From contig OZ241826.1 in the NCBI GenBank assembly GCA_965202585.1, positions 104,036,001 through 104,100,000 on the forward strand: a DNA stretch of 64,000 nucleotides, in the 5' to 3' direction. Both the position numbers and the translations under genes were made by a program. This document shows, one piece after another, positions 1 to 15,000 of the stretch. The stretch's first letter is position 1, and each line of letters opens with the position of its first letter. A model generated the notes under the pieces. That model was given only the letters and a program-made list of their open reading frames with translations, did not search any database and was not told the DNA's origin. The stretch comes from Thalia democratica. Taxonomy: Eukaryota.

Positions 1-59
1 ACCTGGTTCAACCTTTTCAGTTGTCGTAGTTACTTTAGGTCTTTCCGGTGAAGTCGTGG
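1..59 (-). CDS. Start of another 33-bp PTS exon, cut off by the window edge
   Basis: CTTACAG acceptor at 60-61, phase 1; reads TTSPERPKVTTTTEKVEPG. Confidence 0.8.
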
Positions 60-3000
60 CTGTAAGTTAAACAACGCACTCTAATTAAGATTCAGATAGT
101 TTTAATATAAGATATGGATAAGTTTTCAGAACCTCAAAAGCTAGCATAATCTTTTTAAGTGCAAGTAAATGTTTAGTACTTAAATTAATCAGTAGACGAA
201 TTTGTCATTATACTTTACTGAAATACACAATAGTTGAGTAAGTTGTAGAAAAATTTAACTAAGTTTCTATCTTATTGTTTAAATGTTTTTATTTTAAGTT
301 TGACTTCATACTTGATAAAAAATTTGCATTTAACACATACTAGTAACGTCAATGCTGCACAATTTTCTTCCAATTTCCTCCACGCTTTGTGACGTCATAG
401 CACTCGGGTCTACGTCGATCACTAGAGTGTGCGGTTCTTCTGCCAACATTTCACGCTTCAATTGTAACTTTGTGACGTCATCGTCAGGCACATCGGTTGC
501 CATGACAACCACGGCGAAGGTGCGGTACTTCCTCACACCCTCTCCGGAGTGGATGGTGTCGGTGACCAGGTCGAGGGCCGGTGAGAGGTAAACTTTACCG
601 TAGGTCGTCGTGGGCGCTGTCATGGTGATGGACTCGATGAGATGCCGCGCCATTTTCGGTGTTTCTGATTGGCGAAGGCTCACCAGGGTTTTGGGGCCGG
701 ATGAAAATTGAATGATCGAGAATCTTGTTCTGGTTGGCTGCAAGTTTATTAAATACTTTAATTAAATACATTTGTGCATCTAGATATTTTTGAATCTTAA
801 AGAAACATTTTAAGTTCGTTTTTAAAAAGTAAGTTAAGTATAACAGACAAATAGTAAAATTTTTATAGATTTTAATTAGAAATATCTTAGATTTATAATC
901 AAATTTATCTTTTAACTACATTATAAAAACTTTAAACTTAAAAATGTAGTTTCAAACATATAATCCAAAAAAAATTGTACTAACCTGTACATCCATCTTC
1001 TGAATTATTTCTCTTATCACGCTCTTCACAGTCGCAATCTTACTGGCTGATGACGTCTGTCTCCTGTCCAATAGGAACACGATATCCATGGGTTTCGAGC
1101 AGAACAGCTGGCTGGGTGGCAACTCAGTGACTGGTGTCTTCGGTTGCCTAGTAACCACATCGATTTCAGTGTTCTGGCAAACATCTTTCCACAAGATGGC
1201 AGCTACTTGTTTCGCCTTCACTATCAGGTTCTTTAGTCTGTATAGTATTAATTTATTATTAATATGAAATATTTCTATCTTTAGAAAATTTGATAATACC
1301 TATAAAATTTTATTTAATTATAGTAAAAGTTTTCAAATTAAGTTAATTTTCTTACGAGCAGTTTCACTCTCAGCAATGATCAAAAAAAATGTTTATTATA
1401 TTTAAAAACAAGTATTAATAACAATTTGTATAAAACAGCTTTAAAGATTTAAGAAGCACAAGTTTAGTTTAAATATATTTTAAACAATAATTTTGATTAG
1501 CTTATTGTAATTTTTATACAATTTTTTGTTTTTTGAAATTTACAAAACTGTTTGCCTTTATTGTTAGATAATACCTTAAAGTATGTTAGATATGCTAACA
1601 AAACCTTTAAACAACTGTGATAAAAAAATCTTTTAAGTGAAGATATTTTCAAATATGTTAAACCGAACAACAAAGTTATTTTTTACTTTTCATTGTAATC
1701 ATTTACAAACCTCTTAGCTTTGATGAATTTACCGATGTTGCTCAACCTTCTGTCACCTATAAAAAGCGCGTCGTCAGTGACAACCGATATTACTTCAACC
1801 CCATTCTTCAAAACTCCTTTCAACTTCTCAACCGACAACAACCTCTCCTTCTTCGGTTTCCTCCTTGCTACGAACATCACCACCTTAAGAACATCTTCCT
1901 CGTTTCTTCCGTTTTCTTCAAGGTAGTTTGTTGCAAAATCGAGGGTGTCTTTGTAGTTGACTGGTCCGCTTTGCGTTTTCGGTTTTATTTTGTTGACTAA
2001 ACCGTCAAACGACTCTTTTGTGGTTTCCATGCCGTTGCTAACCACTTTGGTCTTCTTACCCATGGTTGTTATGACGATGTTGACCTGATCCGGTCTGATC
2101 AGTATAGACCCGCTGAGCTCCAACAGGAATTTTTTGAGGAACATAACGCTCTTGGGGTGACCCAGGTAGAGGTCGTCAATGACAACGGCGATGTCGAGCT
2201 TGCAGGGCATCGTTGGCACCGGTGGGGGAATTGTGGTTGTCATGGGAACCGTTTCCACGGGTTCCTCCGCGCACACCAGCTCCAGTATCTCGTACTCGAG
2301 TCCCTTCAGGTCGTACAGACGCCTCGCAGGAACCGCTCCGTAGTTCATTGTGGAAAGGAGGTCCATCTGCTTGCGAGGCAGACTGAAGCCACCGATGTAG
2401 AATGTGATCACAGCAACACCTTGTGATTTGGCGTCCTGTATGGCTCCAATGACGTCATCGTAGCTGTCTCTGCCGTACAGCATGACTACATAGTTGCTTT
2501 CCTGCCCCGTAACTTCCGGTGTCGACCTCGAAACGGCGTACCTGACTGCCCTTCCCGCGTTCGAAGGGTTGAAAGGTACTACATCGTGGCTCGCAGACCC
2601 TAAACTCTGGTACAGTTGATTTACCGCTATCAAGTCTTTGGTTTCGACAAAGAATTCCGACTTTGCTGTTCTACCGAACGCGACTCCTTCGAACTGGGTG
2701 GCTCTGGAGTAAGTGGAACCATATTGCAATAGCTTCATTATGTTTTTTACGAACAAGTTTACTTTACGCCCGTCTCTCATCGGCGCGAACAACGCTACGT
2801 CGTAGAGGAACGTCATCTGGCCAGTGGGGCACGTCACGTTCTTTGGTTCGATTGTTTCCGTGACGACGGGGGTAGGGGTGCAGGCGATTGAGACGACTTC
2901 GCCCGCAGTAGCACCCAAGTATTTGTCGTCGGTAATGTGAACCTTGTGGTAGTCGTGGCTCTCCGCGAATGTTGGGAGGAAGTAATCCGTTTCCACGGTA

Positions 3001-6000
3001 ACCGCCACCACGGTGACCTGAAGACTCTTGAGAACCTTCATCGCTTTTTCGACACCGTTGGCATCCGACGGTTTGCCCGAAACCACGACCAAGACTCGCC
3101 TGGCGTTGGTGTGAGATTTTCTGAAGTGCTTGGCGGTGAGTTGCAAAACTTTCAGCATTTTAAACTCGCCTTCGGTGATAATGTTTGTAACTGTTTGCTT
3201 GTAACTACTGTAATCAAGTGTCAGTTCTTCGTCACCGAAAAGCGTCATCGGGCTTTCGAAACCCACCGAGGTTGAAACAGTGGTGAAGAAATCAACCAGG
3301 CCCACTTTGTTTTTGATTCCGGTGTCCACGGCAAATATCATCTCCATCTGTGCGTCGCACACGTCCAAACCAGCAGGTATCTTTGGAGTCCTGCAGGCAA
3401 GTTCCAAGAACGCCTTGCTCTTGCTTATCACCTTCTTCGGCCCGACATCCTTGTCCATTTTCAACGATCTCTTTAGCGGACCTTTGACTCTGTGGTCAAT
3501 TATGATGTCAGAGTTGGGAGAAATTACTATCGATGTGAAGTTTTTAGCCGAAAACTCTTCGATTGTTTCGACCATTTTTTCTTTTCCTTCTATCGTTCTG
3601 CCCGTGAGTACGAGAACAACTCTTCCCGCCGGTACAGGCCGCTTCGTGAAGATGCTCTCCCTTTGCACGAAGTCCAAGGTGGTTGTGAAATCTACGGATT
3701 CGGGAAGATCCACCTTGTTTCCGTCCTCGTCCACCAATCCTTCGTGCTTCAACTTCCATATAAGGTCAGTCAACCTCGCGTCTTCAGATGATTCGTACAC
3801 TTTAGGTGGTTCCCCGTCTTCGTGGAGAACTATCTTGGTCCTTATCTTCTCGTTACCCTCGATGTCTATCTTGTCAACTATCAGCAGCGCGAGATCCGAC
3901 AACGCGAAAGACTCGTGGCTCCTCAGAGACTCCTGATCGACAATCACGACGAAGTCGGCCACCATGTCGTCCTTGCAGGGCAGCTGGAACTCCTCGGGAA
4001 CTTCAAAGTTCTCGCAAACGGCCTTCAACGTCTTCCTGCCGCTCATTGCTAGTGACGTCATACCTGCCGTGGGGATGTACAGTTGCGGGGACGAAGAAAG
4101 GGTCCTGGCAGTTCTACCGGCAGCGTGCTTGTCGTCGGTCACCATGGAGATTGTTATGTTGTTGTCGTAGATTGTTTTTCTAACCGATCTGGCAACTGGG
4201 CTCAAGTGGCGTAGTATCATCATCTGGATGTGAATTTATAAGATGTCATTTTTGCTTTTGTTTTTTAAACTTTTTTGATAAATTACTAGAAAACCTTTAA
4301 TAAATAATTAAATAATAGTGTATACTTATCACATAAATTTCAAGATAAACAGAGGTTTACTATATACAGTATACAAATAATAACAAAAATATCAGGTTAA
4401 TGATAACTGAAAATTATAAACTTTTATGATTCAAAAGTAATAATTCAATTTGAAAATCAATCTTATATATTTAAAATAACAAATTATGTTCATTATTTTA
4501 ATAAGCACTAGAAACAAATTTTAATTTTAATATAACTTCAGAAAAGAAAAAATAACAAATAAGTCAAAAATGTAACAATAATACTTACAGAAATAACAGG
4601 CTTTGACCCTTCATAAGAGTTCATTTCTAGTTTGTTAAAAGCGTCCAACAAGACAGATGTGGTGTTGATACTTTCTTGTAAAGTATTGCGTTGTAGGCTA
4701 GAAATAACTTGTATTTGGCTGATTATTTGTACGATAATTTCTTCTTTTGTTATTTTTCCTACTGAGTTGTACTCTAGCAACGGGTTTACTACTTCATTGG
4801 CTATGGTATAAACTGAAAGCTGAAAAAAAATGTTTATAAATGAGGCTAAAGTATAAGGTGACAAAAACAGTTATGTTAGCCTTAAACAAAGTGTAAAAAT
4901 AGTTTAAATACTTATTAAACTGAAAAAAAAATATCACCAACCTATATCAATTTCAAAATCTAAAAATTTTACTTGTATAAAATAAACTTATATAACTTTC
5001 AACTTTTAATCTTTTTTTTTTGGGATTTCAAGTAATGTAGTGTAGTTTTATTATAAGCTTATTTGTATGGAGTATATTAATATTTTCCAGTAATTTTATT
5101 GATAAATCATGCTTAAAATACGAATACTGTATTATATTGTGACAAAACATACATGGACACTGTTTTCGGAAAGCTCCAAGCTTTCGAAAGCGTTTTTAAA
5201 ATACATCTGAAGAGCTTGGTGCGATTGTGCTTGAGGCTCCCTTGATATATAACTTTCATCAATCAGGTAGATGAGGTTTGATTTAATGCTACAGACTTTG
5301 ACTAGAGGTAATGTTGGTGCTAAAGTAAAATGTAAGTTAAGAATGAAAGCACATTACTAACTATAAATAAGTAAAATTTTACCAGTTGAAACATATCTAG
5401 TAGAAGTAGTGGTTTTAGATCTTCTAGTAGTAGCTTCTGGTTCGACCTTTTCAGTTGTTGTAGTAACACCTAGTTCGACCTTTTCAGTTGTTGTAGTAAC
5501 TCCTGGTTCAAGCTTTTCAGTTGTTGTAGTAACGCCTGGTTTTATCTTTTCAGTTGTTGTAGTAACACCTGGTTCGACCTTTTCAGTTGTTGTAGTAATA
5601 CCTGCTTCAACTTTTTCAGTTGTTGTAGTAACACCTGGTTCAACCTTTTCAGTTGTTGTAGTAGTACCTGGTTCAACCTTTTCAGTTGTTGTAGTAACTC
5701 CTGGTTCAATCTTTTCGGTTGTTGTAGTATCGCCTGGTACGACCTTTTCAGTTGTTGTTGTAACACCTGGTTCAACCTTTTTAGTTGTTGTAGTAACAAT
5801 TGGTTCAATCTTTTTAGTTGTTGTGGTAACACCTGGTTCAATCTTTTTAGTTGTTGTAGTAACACCTGGTTCGACCTTTTCAGTTGTTGTAGTAACACCT
5901 GGTTCGACCTTTTCAGTTGTTGTGGTAACACCTAGTTCGACCTTTTCAGTTGTTGTTGTTGGTCCTGGTGAATCTTCAGGTGCTTTAGTTGTTGTAGTCA

Positions 6001-9000
6001 ACAAAGCAGATGTAGTCGCTGTTTAAAAAAATAATTTAAAACTGTGAACACCTATAATGAACTACAACAGTTATTAGATGTTTTCTGTTAATACAAGTTT
6101 AATTTATAATAGCGATCTTTCTAAATTTAGTATTTCTTAATATACTGTTTAGAACAAAATATTGTTCTGTTTTTTTTAAACTTATATAGAAACAAACAAT
6201 TTTTATTCTATATATAAGAGTTATACAAGTCATAAGAAGCATTATAATGATTGAAATAAGTATACCAACGAACTACCAATTTAAAAAACATAGAGTACTA
6301 TGCAAGGTAAAACTTACTTATGGGCATTCTCAGATTGCACAACTCTTCAACAAGTTCATCGGCTTTCTCTTGCAATAAAAGATCTTCTTCTTGTATCTCA
6401 AACACATTGATTCCTTTTTCTTCCAACAATTCGAAAGTGGCCTCTTCATCATCAAATCCAGATCTGAAAATTTGAAAAAAAAATTTCAGTTTACTACTCT
6501 GGCTGTAAATACAAATTTACTACTCTAGCTTTAACAAAAAAAAAAGCACAATCTACAGTTAGTATATGCGCATATTTTATTAATGGATATAAAAGGACAG
6601 ATTGCTAAATTTTGTGCTTTACCTTTTTTATACTTGGTTCCAAGTAAAGAAGAAGAATGTAAAATCTTGATATTTTTGTACAAAACATAGTATTACGTAA
6701 TAAACAAAAATTTAAATAATTTTCAAAAAAGACGATAAAAGTATTAAAGCGCAAAATAATTCTTTTCAATTAATTTTAAAACTTTTTGAGTTCAAAAAAT
6801 CAAACCTGTGCACAAAGACGATTGCCTTGGGGACTCCCCTCCTAACCCCGTCACCTAGCAACACGAGATCGGCAACCGACTCAGCAGCGACCGCGGGGTT
6901 GGACAAGTCCTCGCTAGGTGGCGCAACAACCCGGATGTTGGTGTGGATGTTTTTCCTTGACTCCATGACGTCACTGCTGTTGTCGAACGTGATGAGTTCC
7001 TGGTGGGCGGATCCGTACTGAACTATTGAGAAACGCGTCACAGAAGGCTGTTTAAAGAGGTAAATTTATATTTAATAAGTTCAATACTATTTATTTAAAA
7101 GAAATCAAATCACAATGTACTGAATAACAAAAAGTATCTCTATGCTGACTGATAAAATATTTTAAAAACGTTTTGTAGACTTCTTTTTAAGTATGCAAGT
7201 CAAAAATGAATTTTAAAGTTCTACAGTAAAATGAATTAACTTTGGAACTGAAAAAAGTGTATTTTGTTAGTTTTAGAAAAACGTTTTAGTCTGAAAATGT
7301 TAAACACAACTTTAACTGTTACGGAAGCAAAAAAAAACTTGGAAAAAATTCATAGACCTTTCTTGTTCACCATTGTAAAAACCTAATATGTAATGATAAA
7401 TAGTTGTTTACACTAATGCTAGGTTTACAAACGTTTTTAAATCCTTTAAAGTATTTTTATACCACACTAATTGTGTTGCTTTTGCATATATGTAGTTACC
7501 TGCACATCAAGTTTCAGCACGACAGCAGCTAGGAACGCTCTCGCATTGTTGACATCGGTGATTGTAGTCAACAACCTCCTGTCAACCACAAACGCCACGT
7601 CCATCGCCACACTGCAGTGAAACTCTCCCTGGGGTTGCGGCGGTAATTCAGTTTCGGTGGAGGGGAAACCCTCAAACGTGCACGCGTCCTTCCACACGAA
7701 CTCCGCCACGTTCTTGGCGAAGTATGGCAGGTATTTCGTTCTGTTTTAAAAAGTAACTTGCTAAGTTATAAATTTATATTATTAGCTTGTAGCACTTCTG
7801 ATAAAACTAAATGTATTTTACTAGTAATCTTAAAACATTAAATGCTAAATTGAATTAAGGGTTTTAACAAAAACAATAGTTAGTGGTTTTTCGGTTTATA
7901 ATTGAATTTTTAATTTAGTTCATTTGTATATCATATTGTGTTTAACTTTGTGTTTTCATTTAAATTATGTTTATATATATACAACTTATCTTAAAGTTTT
8001 GAATATAAGCTTATTTTCTTTTTCTCTTTTTGTGTGTCCTGTTTAAGTGGCTCAGGTTTTGATGCCTGAGTCCAACATTGCACAATAAACAATATAATAA
8101 TAATAATAATACAGTTATTGAATTTACTGTTAAGTATCATTAGTGTTTGTTAAATTTGAATCTCATTGACTTTATATTCTTAAATTTTAATTGCATGTAT
8201 ACCATCACGACAAATTTTAAACACTAGCAATTAAAACTATTTTTTTTAACTTAAAACACCTATAGTAGCTTAAATCATTCATAACAAACTTGTGACTGCT
8301 GAATGATTTTTCCATGTTTGTCAACGACGAAGTTGGTATGGAAGTGGCGTCCGACGCGGTCAGTGACGTCATAATGATTCCTTCGTCTGACGTCTCCTGC
8401 ACCTTGCTGGGATCCAACAAGTTGTAACCCCTCCTCTTCAGTATGAAAACGATGATCTTCTTCACATTCGGTCCCTGCCTACCGTAATCCTTGAACATCT
8501 CGTTGGCCTGATCCAGCGCTCCCACGTACGAAATGGGCCCCGTAGCCGACTTGGGCCTCAGCTTTCTCTTGTACAGTTTGGTGAACAGCTTCTTGTTGTC
8601 CGCCATCTTTTTGAACAGGTCCCGGATTTTCTTGCCGAAAGCGATCACGCTGATCTGCGTCTGATCGGGCCCCATCACCAGCTGCTTGCTCACTTCCTTC
8701 ATGAACTTCCTGATGGCTCTCAACCCGGTGATGGTGTGACGTAGCAAGTCGTCAACCGCGAATATCAGGTCTACCTGACACGGTTCGGTGGGTTCCGGGG
8801 GAGAAATAGCCGGTGGGGGCGTCGGTTCGACAGGCGAAGACACGCAGCTGAACTCCAACAGTTCGTACTCCAATCCTACTAACTTATAAGACCTGTCAAC
8901 TTTGATGAATCCGTAGTTTTTAGTTGTTAGTCCATTCTCGTTTTCGTACTTGATACCTCCTATTGAAACCGTCAGCACGTCTACGCCACTCTCCTTGGCT

Positions 9001-12000
9001 AATGCCACCGCTTCGTGAAGATCGTCGAAGCTGCTTCTACCGATGATCAAAATGACCAAGCTCTTACCACCCTTGCTACCTTGCACCACCTTCTTCAGCG
9101 CCTTGCCAGCCATCGGTGGATCGCTCTTGACGTTCTCGTGACTCATCGTCTCCAGCTTGTGGTAGGCCCTCGCGATTGCAATGCTGTTGCTTGAACTCTC
9201 GCTAAAATCTTTCACTTGGTTCGAACCGAATCCCACTCCGGTGAATGTTGAAGCTTGCGCGAACGACGAGGATTTTCCGAACACTTCCATCGCTCCCTTG
9301 ATGAACGCCGTCACCCTTCTGCCATCTCTCTTTGGTGTGAACAGCGAAACGTCGTACAGGAAGGTTATTTCCCCTAAATCGCAAGCCTTGCTGGGAGTGG
9401 TTGGAGGTTGTGGGATGAATACAGGAGCGCAGGCAGTTGATACGACTTCTGATACGGCGAACTGAAGGTATGGGGTATCTGAAACGACGATTTGCTTGTG
9501 CTTTATCGCGATTTCAGTTTCTGGCAAGAAGTACTTCGTGCCGACTTCGACTGAAACTAGAAGTACGTCAAGTTGACCGAGTCTCGTCAGAATGTCCTCC
9601 AAGTTTTCAGAGTCGCTTGGGTTTTGTGTTAACACAACAACGACTCTCACAGCTTGAGACGCGCTCTTTTCAAAGTAATCTGCAGCCATTGTGAGTGATT
9701 TTACCCCAGGGTACTCGTCTTCTACATCTGGAACAACTTCTACTAAACTGTAATCAGCTCCAACATCAACATTTTCTGAGTTTGTCGAGTACACGTTCGG
9801 TTTCACACCTTCGTAACCGATCTTTGAAGACATGAGTGAGAAGAACTTGTTTAAGTCAGGTTTGTTTGCGTCATCTTCGTACAAACTACCGTCGAGGACG
9901 AACACCAGGTCCATCTCAGCCTCGCAAACGTCTTTGGTAATTTGTTGTTCGGGTGCTGAGCAAACAGCAGTGAAAACTTGCTTGGTCGCGTCAAACACCT
10001 CGGGCAGGTTTCCTGAAACTGGCATCAGTACACCGTGAGTGTTTTCACCACCCTCAGGTAGGAAACCGACTTCAGGAGCGATAAAGATCGTGGTCACGTC
10101 GACACTTTGCAGCCTGTTTAGCTCATTGCTGAACCTTATTGACTGCTGAACGTTTCTAGAAGTGATTGAAATGATGCTTTTTGACTTCGCGGTGTAGCTT
10201 CTCGACAAAACTGGGTGACTTCTCAGGTAGTCGAAAGTTGGTAGGAGATCGACTTGATCAGGAAGATCTTTACTAGATTTATCCAAGGTTGATTCGTACC
10301 TGAGCTTCCACAAGATGTCCTCAAACGTCTTGTCCACGTTCGTCAGGTGCACCTTCGGGGTTTCCCCATCTTCATGCATGACCAGGGCCGTCCTCGTGTC
10401 CCTATTGGTCCCTGACAATGATGTAGCAATCTGCATCGTCATGTCAACCATGACTCTCGCGTCTTTAGCCAGGAAAGTTGAAGTGTCAACTACCAGTATA
10501 ATGTCAGTTTCAACAGTGTCTCGACAAACGAACACTTCTTGTGGTTGCGGCACGGCCTCGTCGCAAACAGTAGTGACAATCTTCCTCGCCGCGTCTACCA
10601 TCTGCACGTTACCTATAAATGGCACGTACAAGTTTGATGATGTAGCCAATGTTCTTGCTGATGAACCTGCGCCCGACCTGTCGTCAGCAAAAACTGACAC
10701 TCTGACGTCATTGTCGTAAATTCGCTTCATCAGATCGTGCGATGGTTGCTGTAGTTCTCTTTTCGTTAGTACCTGTAATTTTTTGTTGGGTATCTCTTTA
10801 AATGCATCATAGGATACAGCAGTATAAAGCTATGTATAAAGTATAATGTGAAATGCCTAATTTTAGATACGTTGTAAAAATTGATTATGTTTAGTATCTA
10901 AAAAAACAAAAAATACTTTGGTAGAAACACATTATAATAATAGCAGTAAAATGCAGATATTCTTATTTTAAGTTAAATTGGCTCTTTGTAATAATTAAAC
11001 TAACTATAGTATGCTTAAGTATATTATGTCTATGAATAATACAACAAAACTAACCGTAACAGCTTTTGTGACATCACCAGGTAGCGATTGGAAGCTGTCC
11101 AAGGCGTGCGTCATCAAAACTTCTGTATTTAAACTTCCAGTGTATCTCGTTTGTGATGTTTCAACTTCGATGCCATTCGTGACGTCACTGATGAACTCAT
11201 CCGTGTCCATTTCGTTGTAGAAAGACACGAAAGGTTCGATCGTGTCTTCCTTCACTATGAACACGTGCACCTGTTTGTAGGTTTTTTTTTTGCATTTATT
11301 TTCATTTAGTTACTAGCTAAGACATTAAGTGTTTAAACTTGTAAAACCTATATAGCAAGTTTCGAAGCAAATGTTGGTTTTTAGTTTTAAAAAGATGTTT
11401 GGTACTTTTCAACTTTACTCGTCTTCGCATATAAAATTATTGAAAGGTTGCATTATTTCATTACACGTTTTTGCAGCATTTTGGTTACAATTATAACTTT
11501 CTTACTGAAATTTAAGTACTACTTACCCTTACTGTATCCTGAGAAATGACGAGGCTGCCAAAAGCATCACTGAAGAAAAGTTTCAGGGCCGATTTCATGT
11601 CTCCTGCGTCAGTATCAAACAACGATGCATCGATGTAAAACACGTAATCTGATCTGACTTCGCATCTGTATGGCTCTGTATGAAAATATATTTTAACTAT
11701 TAACCTCAATATTTAATTGCAGTAATTGCTTTGAAAAACCTTTAGGTCCTATCTTATGAGCAAAACTTACTAAGTTGTAAGAAAAATAGTTTATAAAAAT
11801 ATTGTTTTAGAAATATAATTGTTAAGATTATCTAACTACATATCAGCTCAATTTAAATGGCCAAAGATGTGTTTTAATGTTATAAAGTTTTTTAAATCAT
11901 TTAAAAAATTTTAAATATTCAAAAATAAAACTAATGTAATACACAAACCTGTAGTAGTACCAATAACAGAAGAAGGTGTAGTTGTCTTAATAAGTTCTTC

Positions 12001-15000
12001 AGTTAGTGTAGTTGTCTTGACAACTTCTTCAGTTGGTGTTGTTGTCTTAACAAGTTCTTCAGCTGGTGTAGTTGTCTTAACAACTTCTTCTGTTGATATA
12101 GTTGTCTTAACAACCTCTTCTGTTGATGTAGTTGTCTTAGCAACTTCTTCAGTTGGTGTAGTTGTCTTAACAAGTTCTTCAATTGGTGTAGTTGTCTTAA
12201 CAACTTCTTCAGCTGGTGTAGTTGTCTTAACAACTTCTTCAGTTGGTGTAGTTGTTTCTTTTGGTTTCCTTGTTGTTGTTCTTTGAGGTGTCGTGCCTAA
12301 AAATTAAAATTTTAAATTTTATAGGTAAAAAATGAATAAACTTTCTAAAACAAAAGTTTTTTAGTATTTTTATTACAGTAGTAGTAGTACAAACAGTACA
12401 GGTAAAAGCTTAATAATAAACTTGTATTTAACTTAACCAGTCGATTTAATATATTTTAGCAATAAATAAAATCACAAGTGTTATTTTTTTCAATGAAACT
12501 TACTAATAGCAGGTAGTGTAGTTGTACTAATGGGTTTCAAGCTGCACAGCAAATCAACGAGACTCTTAGCCATGACGTCATCATTGAGCATGTCGTCAGT
12601 CACCTGACCAACTTCGAATCCACGTGACGTCAGATCGTCGACGTACTTGCTCAATTCTGATTGGTCGTCGTCGGACGGTTGCGTGGCAACGTACACCACA
12701 GCTTTGGGCACTTCTCTTCTAATTCCGTCGTCAAGCAATTTCGATGATATGGCGAACTGGAGGGCGGGGATCAACAGGGTGCCTCCTTGGAGGTTGTCAG
12801 AGGCAACCGGTATGGTTTCCAGGTTCTGCCTGGCATCGTACCTGTCCTGACTGTCGAGGAATCCGTAAATTTCCTCAACTGCTGAACTGTATCTGACCAA
12901 CGCGAATCTCACTCCAGTTGACTGTTTAATTATTTAAAATTAGAAAATAGGTTCCAAACATTTTTTCTCTTGATAATGGTTGAAATCAAACACTCAAGCT
13001 GAAAGATTTTTTTTTTATAAACTATGAAACATGAACTTTTAACATTATTTTTAGATTTTAAACTGAATCTGAAGTGTTAAATTAAATACTATTACAGCTT
13101 GTAATAATATTATATAGAACAAACAAACAAAATTAAAATAATTCTTAAAATAAGTTATTACCTCTACATTCATGCGGAGCACGGTTTCCTTCAAGAAAGC
13201 CGACACCCGATCAACTTTGCTTTGTGACGTCACAACTCTGCTATCCAATAGAAACACGACGTCCATGGGTTTGTCGCACACAATGCCTCCCTCTGGTGGT
13301 GAAGTAGGTTTCGGAGGGATGGGTGGTAGTTGAGCAGTAAAATGACAGATGTCAGACCACAAGAGAGCGCCAATGTCACGCGAGTATTTCGGAAGCATTC
13401 GCACACTGTGTTGTTGTTTTGTTTAAAACAAAACTTACTTCAATTAAATCAAATTTACTTCCGTTAAAGCATTTATTATATTCACTTGTCAGTTTCATTT
13501 TAATATATGTTTATTATGGAAATTGTTTTCATCAAATCGTTTTTATCAAAATTGTGAAAATTTAATATAAACACAACCCCTTTTTTTAATTGTTATCAAT
13601 ATTAGTTCCTCAAAGGCTTTTAAATATTTTTCAACTTACGTTTTAGCATTGAGCACTTTAGCAAAGTTGGTCATCTTCGAAGACTTAACGGAGCTTGCGT
13701 CATTTACAGTCAGTGACGTAACGAACACGTCATCATTGATTGCGTTTCTCAAATCTGCTTGCGTCAGAAGATCTTTTCCCTTCCTGCCTGACACAAACAC
13801 TACCAATTTTCTGACATCAGAATCTTTTCTGCCGTGCTTCTCAAACACTTGCTTGGCTTTTTCCAGCGCCAGCCTGTAAGATATCGGAGCGCTCGCAGAC
13901 TTGGGTCTCAATTTTTGAGCGATTCTTTTCTTGAAGGCGGCTTTGGATCCGACCAGGCCTCCGAACAAGTTCTTGGCGAACTTACCGAACCTCAGCATTC
14001 CGACGCGAGTCTGATCCGCTCCAAGTGAAAGTTGGTTCTGCAACTGACGCATCAATAGTCTCAATGATTTGACGGCTTTCTTTCTGTGCAATAACAGATC
14101 GTCGACGACAAACACTAAGTCGGTCCTACAAGGCCTTGGTGGAATTATGGGAGGCGGTGTAGGTTCGACCTGAACGTCACTTATGTCCTCGGAGCACAAC
14201 AGCTCTAATAACTCGTACTCGAGGTTTCTCAGGTCGTACACCCTCGTCACCTTCTGAGCACCGTAAGCCATCGTTGAAAGTCCCGACGGGTCTTTGAACT
14301 TTATCCCTCCAATGTAGAACGTGATGACGCTCACTCCTTTTTGTTTCGCTTCCTTGACCGCTTGAGGTATGTCGTCGTAGCTGTATCGACCTAATAGAAG
14401 AATTATGGTGCCTTTCTCCGGACTTCTGTCGGTGGCGAAGCGGACCGCTTTACCAGCGTTTGATGGATTGAATTTTGAAACTTTGTGCTCGGCACTGTCC
14501 AAATATTTTTTCCTCTCGTTCATTTCAATGTAGTTCTCGGTTTCAACGGAAAACTCCAAGTTCACATCGGCACCGAAACCAGCAAAAGTGAACTTTGAGG
14601 CTCTTGCGAACGTACTTTCTCCCCCGATCAGCGTCATCGTGTTCTTCAGGAACGACGTCACTATTCTGCCTTCTCTCTCGGGAGAAAATAACGCTACGTC
14701 ATACAACAAAGTAATTTCTCCTGCCGGGCAAGCGTAAGTCACGTTGTCCTTGGGATGAACCGGCTCAGGAGTGACGTAAGGAGTGCATGCTATGGAGACG
14801 ACTTCAGCAGCCGTCCTCGATATCAGGTCATTCTGTGATACGCTGATGACTTTTTGGTTCATTTCCTGGTCCAATTGAGGCAAGAAGTACTGGCTGTCGA
14901 CCACTAAGGAGATTATTTTCACGTTTAGACCGTTCAACACCTTCAGGGTCTGGTCTATCGTCTCCGTGTCTGAGGGTCTCGTCGTTATGGTGACCACGAC

